Assembly (NCBI RefSeq): GCF_963921235.1
Contig: NC_086108.1
Location: forward strand, 65,784,001-65,848,000
DNA length: 64,000 nt
Direction: 5' to 3'
From: Mobula hypostoma
Taxonomy: Eukaryota
In this document: piece by piece, positions 37,480 to 52,000 of the stretch
How positions within the stretch are numbered: position 1 is the stretch's first letter
Layout: the number at the start of each line of letters is the position of its first letter
Position numbers and translations under genes: made by a program
Notes under the pieces: generated by a model
Databases searched by the model: none
Told to the model about the DNA's origin: nothing
The model's input: only the letters and a program-made list of their open reading frames with translations

Positions 37480-40400
37480 AATTTACTCCCATATCTGGTT
37501 GGAATACAGCAAGTATCACTGGAGCAATTTTTTGCAAATTGTTTGAGAAAATTCTACAGGATAGGACTTGTGTACATTTGGAATGAGAGGGGCTGACGAG
37601 AACAGTTAACATGGCTGTCTGCAAGGAAAGCCCTGTGACACAAATTTGATTAGAGTCTTTAGAGGAGATAACCAACAAGACTGATAGAGGCAGGGTGATA
37701 GATGTTTGCATGGAATTCAGTAAGGTTTTTGATAAGGTCCCATTGTAGAGTAATGTAATTGGGAGAAATGTACATAATTCATAACCACCAACATTGAGTT
37801 GGGGTTTTGCTTTAAGAGGCTGGTCTGATGTGATGACGTTGTTACTTAAAGGGTTTTTAGCACGTTTTGTATTCAATATTTTTTGATATTCAATAAATGA
37901 GTTTCTATGGCTTTCCTAAAACATAAAACAACTCTACCATTTTATTTGCAAAACCTACACTGGCGACTACAATGCTCCAGGATGATTCTAGAGTTATTGA
38001 ACATGTCACTTTGAAACTGCTGGAGTTTTTTGAGAAAAACGCCTCTGCTTGGTTTGCACAAGCTGAGGCCTAATTTGTTCCTTGAGAAATCTCTGCCGAC
38101 GACAGCAACTTCTACTACATGGTAGCATCGCTCAGAATTCTGCGGCTCCAAGAGGGGTGAGTCTACTGGAACATCCGCATGAACATGATGAATACTGATC
38201 ACTGAAAACTTTCCTTTTATAGACGTTTGGACTATCGGAGTCTGAACGCGCCAAAGTTGCTCTCCTTACCCAGTCTCAGTGATGCTCGGCCTTCTGAGCT
38301 AATGGACCACATGCTATATCTCCTGTGAAATCACCATCCTTGTTTTACTTTTAAAGAACTCTTCATGCAGCAAATGTCTGATCAAGATCATATAGCCCTT
38401 GCTTATGCACCCATGAAGTACTATAGGGAGTTTGCTTAAATGGCTGACAGTCTACACTCAGCTGTGCAGTGGTAGCTTATTCTTCCTCCCTTCTGTACCT
38501 CAATAAACCCGGTCAGCAAGGCCACCACCATAAGGACACTGGCAGTTATGAATCAGATGACACCGGGCCTGATTTTTATCACACGTGCTTTGGTACCAGC
38601 CACCTTGCAGCTTCAACAGTGCCAGTGCAGTGGGACATCAGAGGTCTGTGAACACCGCGGGTTCCAGCTGCCAGAGTAAACTACTGTTCATTACGGACAC
38701 TCTTTCAGGGTGACGCTTCCTGTGTGATATGGGTATTCAAGTGAGTGTGCTGCCAGCATCACCTACTGATGAGAAGGCAAAGAGTAACAAAACTCGCTGG
38801 AGGCCACCAACAGCAGCAGGAATCAGACTTATGGGACATGACAGGTGATGCTCTGCTTCAGTGGGTGACATTACACATGGGACTTCGTCCTGGCTAAAGT
38901 AGCTAGGCTTCTGCTCAGTGCAGATTTCCTGCATGCCCAAAGACCATTGGTCGATCTTAGGATGCTGGCTTGTGGATGTCAAGGACTTTGGGTCATTACC
39001 CGCTCACCTAGAAATTTCCCCACAACGACTCTTTCAAGTTCATGACCACCACATGCGAGTTTACTCAACTGCTGGGCAAATTCCCAAACCTCACCAAGCC
39101 CACATTCTCCACTACAGTCGCAAAACATGGGACTGAGCAACAAATTTCCACAACTGGCCTACCAGTCCATGCCTGCGTGCTTGGGCTGGACCCTGAAAAT
39201 CTGGCAACCATGAAGGCTGAGTCTGTCGACATGGAAATACTTGGCATTGTACTAGGATTGAATCACCCCTGGGCTTCACCCCTCCATATGGTCCCAAAGT
39301 CCGATGGATGTTGCCACCCACGTGGTGATTACCAGCACCTTAATGAGGCCACCAGCCAGTTCCACACATCCAAGACTTTACTGCATGTTTACCTGGAAAC
39401 TTAATTTTACCAAAGTCATTCAGGTTAGGGGCTCCAGGCCTGTGTGCCTGGAGGATATTCCCAAAACTGTGGTGCTAACCCCATTTGGTCTTTTTGAGTT
39501 TCTTCTCATATTGCTTGGACCGAAAAATGCAGCACAGACTTTCCAATAGCTGTTGGACTGTATTAAAAGACTTAGATTTTCTTTTCATTTACCTAGATGA
39601 CATACCTGTCACCAATGCATCCAAATCTGAACAAGCATCTCATCTCCACACACTTTTCGAGCGCTTAAGCCAACACAGGTCGATTAGTAACCCTGCTAAA
39701 TGACAGTTTGATTTGTTAACCATTGACTTTCTCAGCCATCGCATCCCCACCAAAGGTGTGAAAGCCCGCCCATCAGATATAGACACTATTATGGACTTTT
39801 CACTGCCCCACACCACTAAAAAAGCTACAGGAATTTTTAGGCATGATATATTTCTATCAATGCTTCATTCCACGAGCTGCTGACTTATGCTCCCCTTGTA
39901 TACTGTACTCAAAGACAATACCACTAATCAACACCTTGGCTGGTCGGTGGACATGACCTGGGCATTTGATGATACCAATTGAGGTCTTTCTAACGGGACC
40001 CAACTAGCACACCGGCTCCCCAATGCACCCATAGCTATTACTACTGATGCTTCAGACTATATTGTGGGTGCTGTTGGAAGCGTGTGGTAGCTGCTCGCGT
40101 CCTTCAGCAGACAGCTCTGTCTCCCCGAAGCGCAGTACAGCACATTAGGCCGTGAGCTTCTCAGTGTCTATCTGGCTGTCTGCTATTTTTGTTTGCTTCT
40201 AGAGCATCGCCATTTCACAGCATTCATTGATCACAAGCCCATCATGCATATGTTGGCCAAAGTATCAGACCCTTGGTCTGCACGGCAGCAACCCACTGGG
40301 CGTACATATCCGAGTTCACAACTGATATACAGCATATCAAGGGTAAAAATAATGCCACGGCCAGCCACGGAGGCTGTACACATGGGGTTGACTATGCTGG

Positions 40401-42930
40401 CATGGCAGCTGACCAAGTTACTGACCCAGAGGTCCAGGCTTACCGAGCAGCAGTCACAGCCTGCAGTTGGCTGACAGTAAGTTCGGGGAAGCTGAGATTT
40501 CTTTCCTGTGTGATGTCTCAACCAGTCGTCCTCACTCCACTGTGCGAGCAAACTGGAGGCGTACTCTTTTCGACTCCATACATGCCCTCTCACATCTGGG
40601 TTGGAAGACCTTACTGAAAATGCTTGCACTAAAGTTTGTTTGGCACGGCCTCAGAAAGAACAACGATGATCGGACTGCAGCCTGTGTGGAATGCCAGCAA
40701 GCAAAAATGAATCGTCATGTTCAGGCACCATTGGCGCCTTTTAAGGTCCCTGAGCGACGGCTTGACCATGTCAATGTGGGCCATGGTGGTGCTCTTCCCC
40801 CCTCCCGCGGTTACACACACTTTACCATGACGGGCCACACCACCAAGTGGCCAGGGTTCACCCTCCAGCATCGATGATGGCCGCAGACGTGGTTTAGGTG
40901 TTCATCAGCACCTGAGTTATTTGGTTTGGCATCCCATCTGATAGATCCTCTGACCATGGTCCCCAGTTCATTTCAGACCTCTGAGCTGAGATGGCCCAGA
41001 ACCTTGGCATTTGTACATCACACCATGGGGTAGCTGTTACGAATGCCAGGTAATTTCATTCCTGACGCTACAACTGCTTGGTCCGCCTCTCAACAGCATT
41101 CCCCTTCCTCTATAAATTCAATTCCTTTTCACCTGTTCCTACCTCCCAACATGGTATACAGATCTCTTGGACTCCTGTGGACCTATGTTCTACCTCATCA
41201 GTTTTCGTACACAATGATGCACACCAACATCCCCTTAGAACTCCTGTTCTGCATTTTGGAATGGGGAGAAAAGCCTTTTATTATAGATAAGAGGGTTAAA
41301 CCTGAACATATTTTGGTAGATCGCCTTAATCGGGCCCATCAAGATTTGGAGTATTCCATTGCCGTGCCCCTGCCATCACAACATAACCAGGAGCATGTTA
41401 ATGCATCTCTGGACAAACCAGAGGCACCTGTTGTTCCCCCACCCATGGAACATAGGACCCAAGCCAGGGGACTTGTCTGAACTCTGGACAGGCTTACAAT
41501 GCCGGTTTCAGTGAATTCTTGGGAGTGGGGGGGTGCCTGTGTAGGGTAACCTAATTAGTGGAAAGGTACATAATTCACAACCACCAACATTGAATTGGGT
41601 GTTCACTTTAAGAGGCTGGTCTGATGTGATGACACTGTTACGTAAAGGCTTTTAGTGCACTTGGTGTTCAATAAATGAGTTGCTGTGGCTTTTCTGAAAC
41701 ATAAAACACTTCCACCATTTTATTTGCGAAACCTACACCATGTGGTAGGGTTGCTCAGAAGGATAAGGCACATGGGATCCAAGGCAAGCTAGTTAACTGG
41801 ATCCAGGACTGGCTTGATGTTAGGAGGTGGAGGCAGAGGTAGTAGTGGAGGGATGCTTTTCTCACTGGACATCGGTGATCAGTGGTGTACCCCAGGGATC
41901 AGTGCTGTGACCTTTGTCGGTTATGACTGTGAATGTAGAAGGTATGACTATTTTTTGCTGCTTCTGTTGTTCTGTGTACTCTGTAGGTGCTGGAATGAGG
42001 GGCAACACTTGCAAATTGCCCCCAGCACATCCTTGGGTGTGCTGTTCGTTAACACCGCATATTTCAATGCACATGTCATAAATAAATCTGAATCAGAAAT
42101 CCGGACCTGAAGTTTGCAGATGACATGAAAATTGGAAGTGTCATTGGGAAAGAAGGAGAGATGATAGAAGGTTGTCTAAAGCTACAGCAGGATATAGCTC
42201 AGTTGGAAAGTTTGCTGGAACATTTGGTAGATGGAATTTAATCCTGACAAGTGGAAGGTGATGCATTTTGTGCAGGCAATCAATGGAAGGACATGTACAC
42301 TAAATAGTGAGGCCCTAAAAAATGCTGGCGAATAGAAGAGCATCAGGTTACAAGTCCATATTTCCATGAAAGTGGTAAAACAGGTAGATGGAGTGGTGAA
42401 GAAGACTTATGACATGCTTGCCTTCATTTGTCAGGGCATTGAATCTAAGAGTTGGGTGATCATGTTACAACTTTATAAAATACCTGGAGTTTTGTTCTTC
42501 ACCGCTATTGATGTGGTTGTGCTGGAGAGAGGGCCAAACTGATTAACCTCCCTCATTAGATGCTACCTGATTTGCTAAGTTCCTCCATAATTTTCTCTAT
42601 GTTCACCAGGATGTTGCCTGGATTGAAGGACTTCAGTTATGCGAAGAGTTTTAATGGTCATGAGTTGTATTTTCAGGAGGGAGGGAAGCCAAGGGATGAC
42701 CTGACCAAGTTATATAAAATTAGGAGAGGAATAGATAGGGTAGATAACCAGAATAATTTTCCATGGTTGGGCTATTAAAAACAAGATATAAATCTAAGGT
42801 GAGAAGGAAGAATTTTAAATGGAATCTGAGGGGAAATGTCTTTGCTACATAGAGCAGTGGATTAGTGTAGATAAACAAAACGATTGGCGTGGACATGTTG
42901 GATTGAAGGGCATGCTTTTGTTCTGTATGA
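37480..42930 (+). mobile_element. Old CR1 LINE split by the Gypsy provirus (37480-37743 and 41742-42930)
   Basis: The CR1 motif FSKxFDKVP|...KAHGIQG resumes across the insertion. FADD-like DNA at ~42110. Confidence 0.8.
37744..41737 (+). mobile_element. Complete decayed Gypsy provirus (family A) with short LTRs
   Basis: 5' LTR 37744-37959, PBS-like TGGCGAC at 37961, pol remnants (IYLDD, TTDASD), polypurine tract GGGAGTGGGGGGG and 3' LTR 41540-41737. TSD CCAT at 37740-37743 and 41738-41741. Confidence 0.95.
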
Positions 42931-43013
42931 CATTCTCTTCTCTGTGAAAACCATTCTTTGCACCAAGATAATCCATGCATTATTTACTCCACTGCTTGAA
43001 GTCCTTGTACTTA

Positions 43014-43538
43014 CACTCCATGGCCACTTTATGAGGTACTCCTGTATACCTGCTCATTAATGCAAATATCTATGCAGCTGATCATGTGGCAGCATAAAAG
43101 CATGCAGATACAAGAGGTTCATTTGTTCAGACCAAACATCAGAATGAGGAAGAAATGTGATCTAAGTGACTTTGATCATGGAATAATAGTTGGTGCCAGA
43201 TAGGGTGGTGTGAGTATCTCAGAAACTACGACCCACTGGGATTTTCACATACAACTTTCTCTAAGTTTACGGAGAATGGTGTGAAAAACAAAGAACATCC
43301 AATGAGCAGCATATCTGTTGGTGAAAACATTTTGGCAATGAGAGAGGTCAAAGGAGAATGGCTAGACTAGTTCAAGCTGACAGGAAGGTGACAGTTACTC
43401 AAATAACCATACATTACAACAGTGGTGTGCAGAAGAGCATCTCTGAGTGCACAACACATTGAACCTTGAAGTGGATGGGCTACAGCATCAGAAGACCACA
43501 AACATACAGGAGGTACCTAGTGAAGTGACCACTGAGTG
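43014..43538 (+). mobile_element. Tc1-like non-autonomous DNA transposon
   Basis: TA flanks. TIRs CACTCCATGGCCACTTTATGAGGTAC / GTACCTAGTGAAGTGACCACTGAGTG. Transposase N-terminal remnant KCDLSDFDHGIIVGAR*GGVSISET. Confidence 0.88.
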
Positions 43539-44074
43539 TATATTATCAAGTCTGAGCTCACCTATTCACCAGCCTCCTCTGCATCAGTGATAAAAGCTAT
43601 TCCAAATTTTCTGGCCACTGACATACAATTTCCACTAGCTTTTCTCTTACTGGCCTTCATGTCCTCTTTAAGTTCAGCTGTTTATTAGATCCACATCCTG
43701 ATCTCTTGATTTGATTCGCAAAACAGCTCCAGATGATGCAGTTCCCCTTCTGGTATTGTTGATGACTTCCTCATCACAGGGTACTTTTATCTTTCCCTTC
43801 TAGACTGCCATCATTATTCACTCCTGAGAAAGCCGTACTTAGATATCTACAGAATCTTTGTAAACTATCATTATACATTTTCTCTTTCACCCACACAGCT
43901 TTTGAACATGCTATAAACTACCAAATCAATGTCCATTTATCCCAACTGCATTTTCCCTTCATCTTTCTTGAACCCCTCAGCAGACTTTTAACACAGTTGC
44001 CCACTGCTATTTTTTTCTTCTCATGTTTAGCTGAGAACAACTATTGGTTCCTGTTTCAAGGTTACCTATTTACT

Positions 44075-44483
44075 TAGTAGTCATAGTCATACTTTATTAA
44101 TCCCGGGGGAAATTGATATTCGTTACAGTTGCTCCATAAATAATAAATAGTAATAGAACCATAAATAGTTGAATAGTAATATGTAAATTATGCCAGTAAA
44201 TTATGAAATAAGTCCAGGACCAGCCTATTGGCTCAGGATGTCTGACTCTCCAAGGGAGGAGTTGTAAAGTTTGATGGCCACAGGCAGGAATGACTTCCTA
44301 TGACGCTCTGTGTTGCATCTCGGTGGAATGAGTCTCTGGCTGAATGTACTCCTGTGCCCACCCAGTACATTATGTAGTGGATGGGAGACATTGACCAAGA
44401 TGGCATGCAACTTAGACAGCATCCTCTTTTCAGACACCACCGTGAGAGAGTCCAGTTCCACCCCACAACGTCACTGGCCTTAC
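44075..44483 (-). mobile_element. Rex/Babar LINE 3' fragment
   Basis: SHPLHNVL...PPRCNTERHRKSFLPVAIKLYN with an (AGTCAT)n tail. Confidence 0.85.
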
Positions 44484-46468
44484 TTGTCCCCAGAGAAACT
44501 GCTTAACTGGTTTCTTTTACCATAATCCCGTTTCTGATTTCATACCGCACCCCATTTTATTCTAAAGCTAAATTAGGCTGCTCACAAACTCAGCATCCTC
44601 TTTAGATATGAAGCTGAGTCTTAGATATGAAGCTTTTAATAAAATATTTCTTGCAATTGATAAACAAATTAAATATTCCCTTTTCCTTAATATTACTCCC
44701 TAAATATGAACATTTTGACAGTGAACATGACCTTGTTTATCCATAAACATCTCTGTGTAATCCTCAATGAGATTTTGAAGTTTGTCTCTCCTGTCTTGAA
44801 TCATAACAGAAGTAGTCTAGAATGCAAAACATTTTAATGCTTGTCAACAATCTCCCCACTGCCTATGGCCTTTCTTGAGTTGTGAGTTTGCGAGTTTGAT
44901 AGAAATTTTATGATTTGGCAAGGATTTTGCTCGCCTAAAAACAGCACTGCATGCAAAGTATCTCAATCTCAAAAGCACCTTTCCATTTCTTTAATTGACC
45001 CTAATGCTCTTTCTTTTGCTATCTTCTCTCCCTCAACTCTTCTCTGCTCCATACTGCCACCTAATACAGCACTCAGAACATGATACTGTCAGAAACTCTA
45101 GATCTATAGGCTTTCAATACTGCAGCCTAAACAGCCTGTTGTCAGTGATTGTTTGAAAACACTGGTTGATGATATTTGAATAGGTGACCCGTTTCTGCAG
45201 GATTTCGATTCATATTTAATCAAATATAGAACTGAAAAGCCTTTGTAGATGAAGTAACAGACAATCGGTTTTCCCCACCTGTGAGTTTGGCAGAACTTCT
45301 AACTGTGATTGTTGAGAGGTCCTGATGACGGTATTTATCCTTGCACCACACACCAGGCCAATCAATTTGGAAAAGTCCCTTACAAATTTGATCCGGTCCA
45401 CACCTATAACCATGGGATCTATGAATTTCAGAATGCCCAACCCTTCTGAAATCCCCAATGGAATTATAAAACTGAAACCATCTCCAAAGTAATTCCCTGC
45501 CTGATGTGTAACACACTCATGAGTAGAAACTGAGGAACATTTCCCACTGGGGAGTAAAACTGCAACACCTCCCCATCAAAGAATTTGCCCCTCTCCTAAC
45601 AAAAGCAGATTATCTTCCTGACTCATTGCTTCTCCCTTCTATCAACCCTATTCTCCAATTCACAATCCTTATTTTCTTCTTTGCATGCTCTTTGTCTTTG
45701 TTTTCAATCCCGGAATCTCTTTTCTCCTTATAAATCCGGTAACTTTCTAATCCCACTTAATATATCACCCCGGGCCCCCATTTCTTCTGATATGGGACTG
45801 CCCTTGACCTCTGCTTGACTCATAGAACATTCATGGTCTTGATTTTTTGTGTGTAATGCTTTAAAAAAAACGCTCCAGCTTTGATCTCTCAGAAACAGTT
45901 GAATTTCCCAAATTGTCAGAATCGGAATCATGTTTTTTGTCACTGGCATAAGTCATGGAATGTGCTGTTTTGTGGCAGCAGGACTGTGTAGAGGCATGCC
46001 ATGAAGAATGCCCAGTATAGCTAAAGCCTGTAAGAACATGCAATGATGCTGATATTTTGTGATATCAATTTTGAATTCTGCAAAAAATTTTAACTATATT
46101 TTCTACGTTTCCTCCACATCATTGTGGGTTGAAAGGCCTGTACTGTGCTGTAATGTTCTATGTTTAACTATCTTATAAGTTTTGGTTGCAAAATGTATCT
46201 GTCTTTCACAACAGCATCGTAAACTCAGACTACATTATCTTCTCAAATACAGAATATCTGCTAGTAAGAAAGATTAAAGTAGAATGAGCTGTAAGAATTA
46301 TTCTTAACACACAATTCATATTGCTGTTACCTAATTGTTTAATCTGTGTAATTGTATTTGTGGGTATCCTATCATGATCACTGTGATTTTGCTGTTCACA
46401 AGCATCATTCAGGATTTCTACTGTTGCCCTGTTAAAGGTCCAATTCAGAACAGTTTGAGTCAAATGTG

Positions 46469-47018
46469 TATAACGCCCTGGGAAAGGTTTCACTGCTAAT
46501 GTAATGGTCTTTCTGTAGAAGCAGTGTTTGGGTTATGGTTAGAGATAACAGGTGCTTTGCAATATGAGCCATCCAATGACGGGAGGGTGTTTTCGTGTTA
46601 TGTACCTGACACCAGGGTGATCTGGTTATTTTGTTCGGTGGGAGATGAAGACAGAAGATGCTGGAGTGGAGCCATGATCCGACGAAGGCTAGGGAGATCA
46701 AAGGAGGATTGGCGAAGGGGAAACCGTGAGCTCCAACTTGTGCACATTAGACTGTTCCATTAAAATGGGCTCTTTTCTTTTTTTGCTTTATCTTCACTAA
46801 CCCTGTAGTCAAATTAAGCATTATAAAGCTAAATCATTTAATTAGATGCAGTTTACTGTCTGATATTCCATGGTACTGATTTGTAACAGGGGAACAAATC
46901 ATGCAGCATCCAGCAAAAAAGGGGTTTCGGGGTGGACTCGCATCTCAGTCTCCCCCATTTGGTCGAGCCAGAGATTGTCTTCTCTGGACTTACGCAGCTG
47001 ACAGAACTTCAGGGTTTA
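46469..47018 (+). repeat. Solo LTR of Gypsy family B (opposite orientation to the provirus)
   Basis: Reverse-complement homology to 27053-27605 along its length. TGTG on both flanks (46465-46468, 47019-47022). Confidence 0.88.
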
Positions 47019-48436
47019 TGTGTTAGATGATGGCTCCAATTATTCCCAGCGTGTTAGATTTGTGTGTTTTACTCTCAAAAGAATTTTTTTTTCTTCTTAA
47101 GTTAAGAAATCTATATTGCATTAGCTACCTTGGTGGATTGCCACATTAGATCAAATGACAGAGAACAGGTGGGGGTATACCATAGAGGTTTGAATGCAAG
47201 GAGAAGAATTTGCCCATCTTTCTCGCACACGCTGACAACCTCCCCACCAGAAATTAATGCAGCACTCAGCTTTGGGTCCACGCAGCTGAGTTTTGGATGC
47301 ATTCTGGTTCATGAAGAGTGAGAGATGAGAGACCTGATAGAGCAAACAATAATAGTGTCCAAGCAAGTGAGCAAGGGTGATATCTCAGCCAAATTGGCTG
47401 AGTCAGGTGTAATGCTATAGATGTGGAAAGTCAATGGAGCTTTGGGATTCACAGTGTTTTGTGTCAAAAGCACAGGGCAGACCCAAATGGATAGAACTCT
47501 TTATTCTGTATAGAAACCCAACTGTTTGCATCAATATCGTAACATCAGATTTACAGTGATTTAGATCAATGATGATGACTCAGTGACATTGTCAGCTGAA
47601 TATAGCAATGGTAACGTTTTCACTAGCCAGATGAGCATAATGAAACGATATGGCAATATAAGATCTCACTTTCTTGGAGCAAAATAATACAATGAAATAA
47701 TCCATTTGAATTGTTTCAGACTATATATCAAATGTCATGATCAGAAAATAGCATGGCGTGGAGAGAGAAACATGGCACAGAACACTTTAAATCAGTTGGA
47801 TGTTTAAATAATTAGCAAAATGAACTAAACACAGCCCATAGTTAATCTGGAGAATTCTATATGCAACTTGGCTGTTGTATAAATTTTATGGTTACTCACG
47901 CATAAGGAGCAGAATATTATTTATAAAAGTGTGCCAATAGATAACTTGCCACATTGGCAGGTTAATTGTTCACCGTAAATGACCTGAGAGACCATTCATA
48001 AGAACTGTTCTGATGAGTGGTCTTCAGTCTGTAACATTGACATCATTTCTCTTCCCACAGATGTGGTCTGACCTGCCGACTATTTCAAGCACTTTTTTTT
48101 ATTTTAGGTTTCCAGCATCTGAGGTTTTTCTTTATTTTCACTGTATGTTATCTCGAGTACGTAGGCAAGTTATAGATTTGGTGGTCGTTGATAGGAATGA
48201 GAGAAGAATTAAATGGGATTGTTGTAAGTAAGTGCTTAATGGACAATACAGTCCCTTGAGCCAATAGGCCTTTTTTCAAGCAAGATTACTCGATGAAAAT
48301 TACTTCAGGGCTTGGAATGCTGCTTCTATTGTGGATAATTGCTAATCATGACAGTTAGTGTGATCTAGAGAAAGGATTAGCTATCACCCATTTCTGTTGG
48401 TTATGCTTAAGATTATTATCAATTTTTGTGTCCAAG

Positions 48437-49077
48437 GAAACATAGAAACATAGAAAATAGGTGCAGGAGTAGGCCATTCGGCCCTTCGAGCCTGCACCGC
48501 CACTTATTATGATCATGGCTGATCATCCAACTCAGAACCCCACCCCAGCCTTCCCTCCATACCCCCTGACCCCTGTAGCCACAAGGGCCATATCTAACTC
48601 CCTCTTAAACATAGCCAATGAACTGGCCTCAACAGTTTGCTGTGGCAGAGAATTCCACAGATTCACCACTCTCTGTGTGAAGAAGTTTTTCCTAATCTCA
48701 GTCCTAAAAGGCTTCCCCTCTATCCTCAAACTGTGACCCCTCGTTCTGGACTTCCCCAACATCGGGAACAATCTTCCTGCATCTAGCCTGTCCAATCCCT
48801 TTAGGATCTTATACGTTTCAATCAGATCCCCCCTCAATCTTCTAAATTCCAACGAGTACAAGCCAGTTCATCCAGTCTTTCTTCATATGAAAGTCCTGCC
48901 ATCCCAGGAATCAATCTGGTGAACCTTCTTTGTACTCCCTCTATGGCAAAGATGTAGCATACCATTCGCCTTTTTCACCGCCTGCTGTACCTGCATGCCC
49001 ACTTTCAATGACTGGTGTATAATGACACCCTGGTCTCGTTGCACCTCCCCTTTTCCTAATCGGCCACCATTCAGATA
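48437..49077 (-). mobile_element. Young CR1 LINE, short 5'-truncated copy with an internal deletion
   Basis: Near-identical to 11597-12365 but lacks a segment between CAAAGATGT and AGCATACC (~48955). Confidence 0.96.
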
Positions 49078-52000
49078 ACAATTTGCGTGTCAATTCATTC
49101 AATGTGATAAAGTATTCCAAGGGCACTATAGTGACAGAAGTCAATATAATAAGCTCACATCCAAAAGAAAGGTAAACAAATACATCTTATGAAAGATTTT
49201 AATGATGGAAAGAGCTGACGAGGAACTGTGGAAGTAGACAGGGCAGAATTAGAGTGGTAAAGGATGCATCAGTTTGTACATTCATGTTGAAAGTATTAAA
49301 CGTTTAAAGATGTCTGGTGTTCAGAATGAATCCATAGAATAATGGAGATCAGGTGCATGCGGTGAGTATGGACAGGAAAAAAATTAAATAATGGTAAGAT
49401 TTTGATATGGGAAATGATGTGCAGAGGGGAATATTAAATGAATTAATGGAAGAAGAAATACATTGGAGAAAAAACACAAAATATCTAGAAATTGGATTGC
49501 ATGATGTCTTCATTTTAGGTATTAATCGGATAAAATTTGGACAAAATTTTTCCCAGAGTAGATTGCTCTTTAAACAAGTCCACCTGCCCTACCATTAGTT
49601 GAAGCCAAATGCTTCACACTATAACCATTGTGGAATGGTCTCATTGAAACTATCTAATTGATTTTGATTTCAGTGAGCAGTGGTTAGAAGCTTTGATACG
49701 ATCAGATCTTTGAGGCCTGCCAGCGTCAGTTTATTTCATTCATACCCATAGGGGTTCCCTTTAACAGCTGGGATCTTTTCATATGCAGGAAAAGTTCCCA
49801 TTCACTCAATGTGCAGTTCTTAGTGGAACGTTGAAAGAACTTCCTTATATTGAATGTCCTGTTTAGTATTCCTGAGGGAATCTGCTTTGCAGGAAAATTT
49901 TCAGCAGTTGGCACTCCCCAGAGGAATGGATTCTGGGGGAGAGGGCTACTTCTTCTTTGTATGGCTGTTCAGTGAAGCGTGCTTTCTAACCACTACAGCT
50001 GAGCACAGGTAAAATGAGTGTTTTGCAAACACCAGGTAGTGGAGAAAAAAATAAGTTTTTTTTTGTCTGTGTTTGCCCTATAGTGCCTTGCATTACATTC
50101 CAAGCAAATGTGGAGACAAGAGTGTACTGCTTGCTGCATGAACAACAACAGGTGAAGCTTTTGGTTCTCATTACAAGCCAACTGATCCTCTCCACAAGGA
50201 CTTGTATCTACATTGCTCCACTGTACAGTGAATCACATTTATGGAGGAAGGGATGTTGGGAGCTTCCTGCCTTGACCAATCAGTCCCCTCACCTCTGTCC
50301 CTACCACTATTGGTATATGGAATACAAGAATTTCAAGCAATCCTTTCTAGTGGTTGTCTTGTACACATTTAGAGGAAAATGGGGATCTGACTTTTTCTCT
50401 CTCTCTCATGCCTACATCTTCCTGGCAGTCATGTGTATGTTACTGTTGTCCTCCTTCAAGGAGTAATGTGCCTTTAAGGGTGAATGGCTGCTCAAGACAT
50501 CGTTGATGTGTTAAATTGAGTGAAACCTTGTTTCAATGGCTGTTTCTAGATGCAAATCACACTGTCTCTGGTTTTGAGCTAAATCTACTATATTCTCTGG
50601 GGACGTGATTCATTGTTAGTGCTAAATGTAATCATCTTCAATTATTTTTGAGAAATCAGATTTCTAGGTAAAGTGGGAGCAAACAATTTTGAAAAAATGG
50701 TTAAAATATGATGTTTGAATCTCAACTCTGTCTGAACATGCCCAGTCTAAGAAAATCTTCAGTGGATGGAATGAAACAGTGGGAAATGAAATGTACAGAA
50801 GGGGCCAAAATTGATGATTTTTGTTTTTGTGGTGTTGAGTTGGGGAAAGTTTCCATGGAATTGGGACACAATGTCAAGCTGGCAGGAATATCACAGAGGT
50901 AGCATAGCATCAAATGAACTGTTGGATCCGTGTTCTGCATGCAGACTGTTCCCACTCCCGTGCACAGAGAAACTCGACATTTTTGCAAGTGAGGATTAAA
51001 TATTTGAGATTTTCTCTCTTTGTATGTTAGGGATTATTCTGTCTTTGTGAAGATCTTACTTTTTGATTCACTTGAAAGCTGCAATTATCTAAATCATAAA
51101 AAACTATTCATGTTTTGCTACATACATCAGGCCCACTCCTAAATGTTGGACATCCTGTTCTAGTTTGCTTTTCAGTGCAGTCCTGTATAAAGCTGTAACA
51201 ACCTTACATGGAAGGAAGATTTTTTAAAAAACTTATTCCCTTCACAGGTCTACCAGCAAATTCATATAAAATGAAAATCTCACAAGCACACTTTGTAACT
51301 GAGGTGGCTTGCTTGGTGGGGCTATCAGAAGAGTCCTTGGTTTTCTTGTGAATCACTTAAAATGTTGGCCTGGGTTCTCACCTTTTTATCTGTACTGTTG
51401 TTTATTGTGTAATCATCTTTCCCTGAGATAGCATTTGAAATAACTGCCTAAACTCCTTCCACCAAAGTTAGCTGACATTTTACACAATATTATGTAACAA
51501 AAGTAAAGTAAGTTCCTGTTAATTTTGAGAAGCGTTTTACTTCAGGAAACTTTGAAAAGGAAGAGGAGAAATTGTATAACATACTGGTAATTTTTGCAAT
51601 GGGTTGGGTAAAGCACAATTTGATTGATAACGGATTAAATCAATCACAAAAAGAATCAGGGTGGATGTAAAATTGGCTAATCATTGAACAAGAAACCATA
51701 ATTGTTAGTCAATATGTCCATTAAAAGCTTCTTAATCCTATCTTCATATCTTGTATTTAGAAAAGATAGTAATGAAGGTCCCTTGTCTTCTTTTTTTCAT
51801 CTAGTTTATCAGTTTCATTAACATCAATTGGTTTAGAAGTACTGTTTTACTTTATTCACATTTTTGATGTTGCTTTAAAACAGTTAGGTTGTGATTCATA
51901 CTATTACTAGGGCATTCACATGCATTATCTGAGTTGACTTAAACATTTCCACTGCTGTACCCTGAAAATGATTTACTGACTGCCCTTTCTGCATGGGTTG

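Noticed and set aside
45220..45520. Possible decayed Penelope coding remnant
   Set aside because: The resemblance is too faint to support without a profile search.
50014..50466. 150-aa hydrophobic ORF
   Set aside because: No homology is recognisable and the composition is typical of random AT-rich ORFs.
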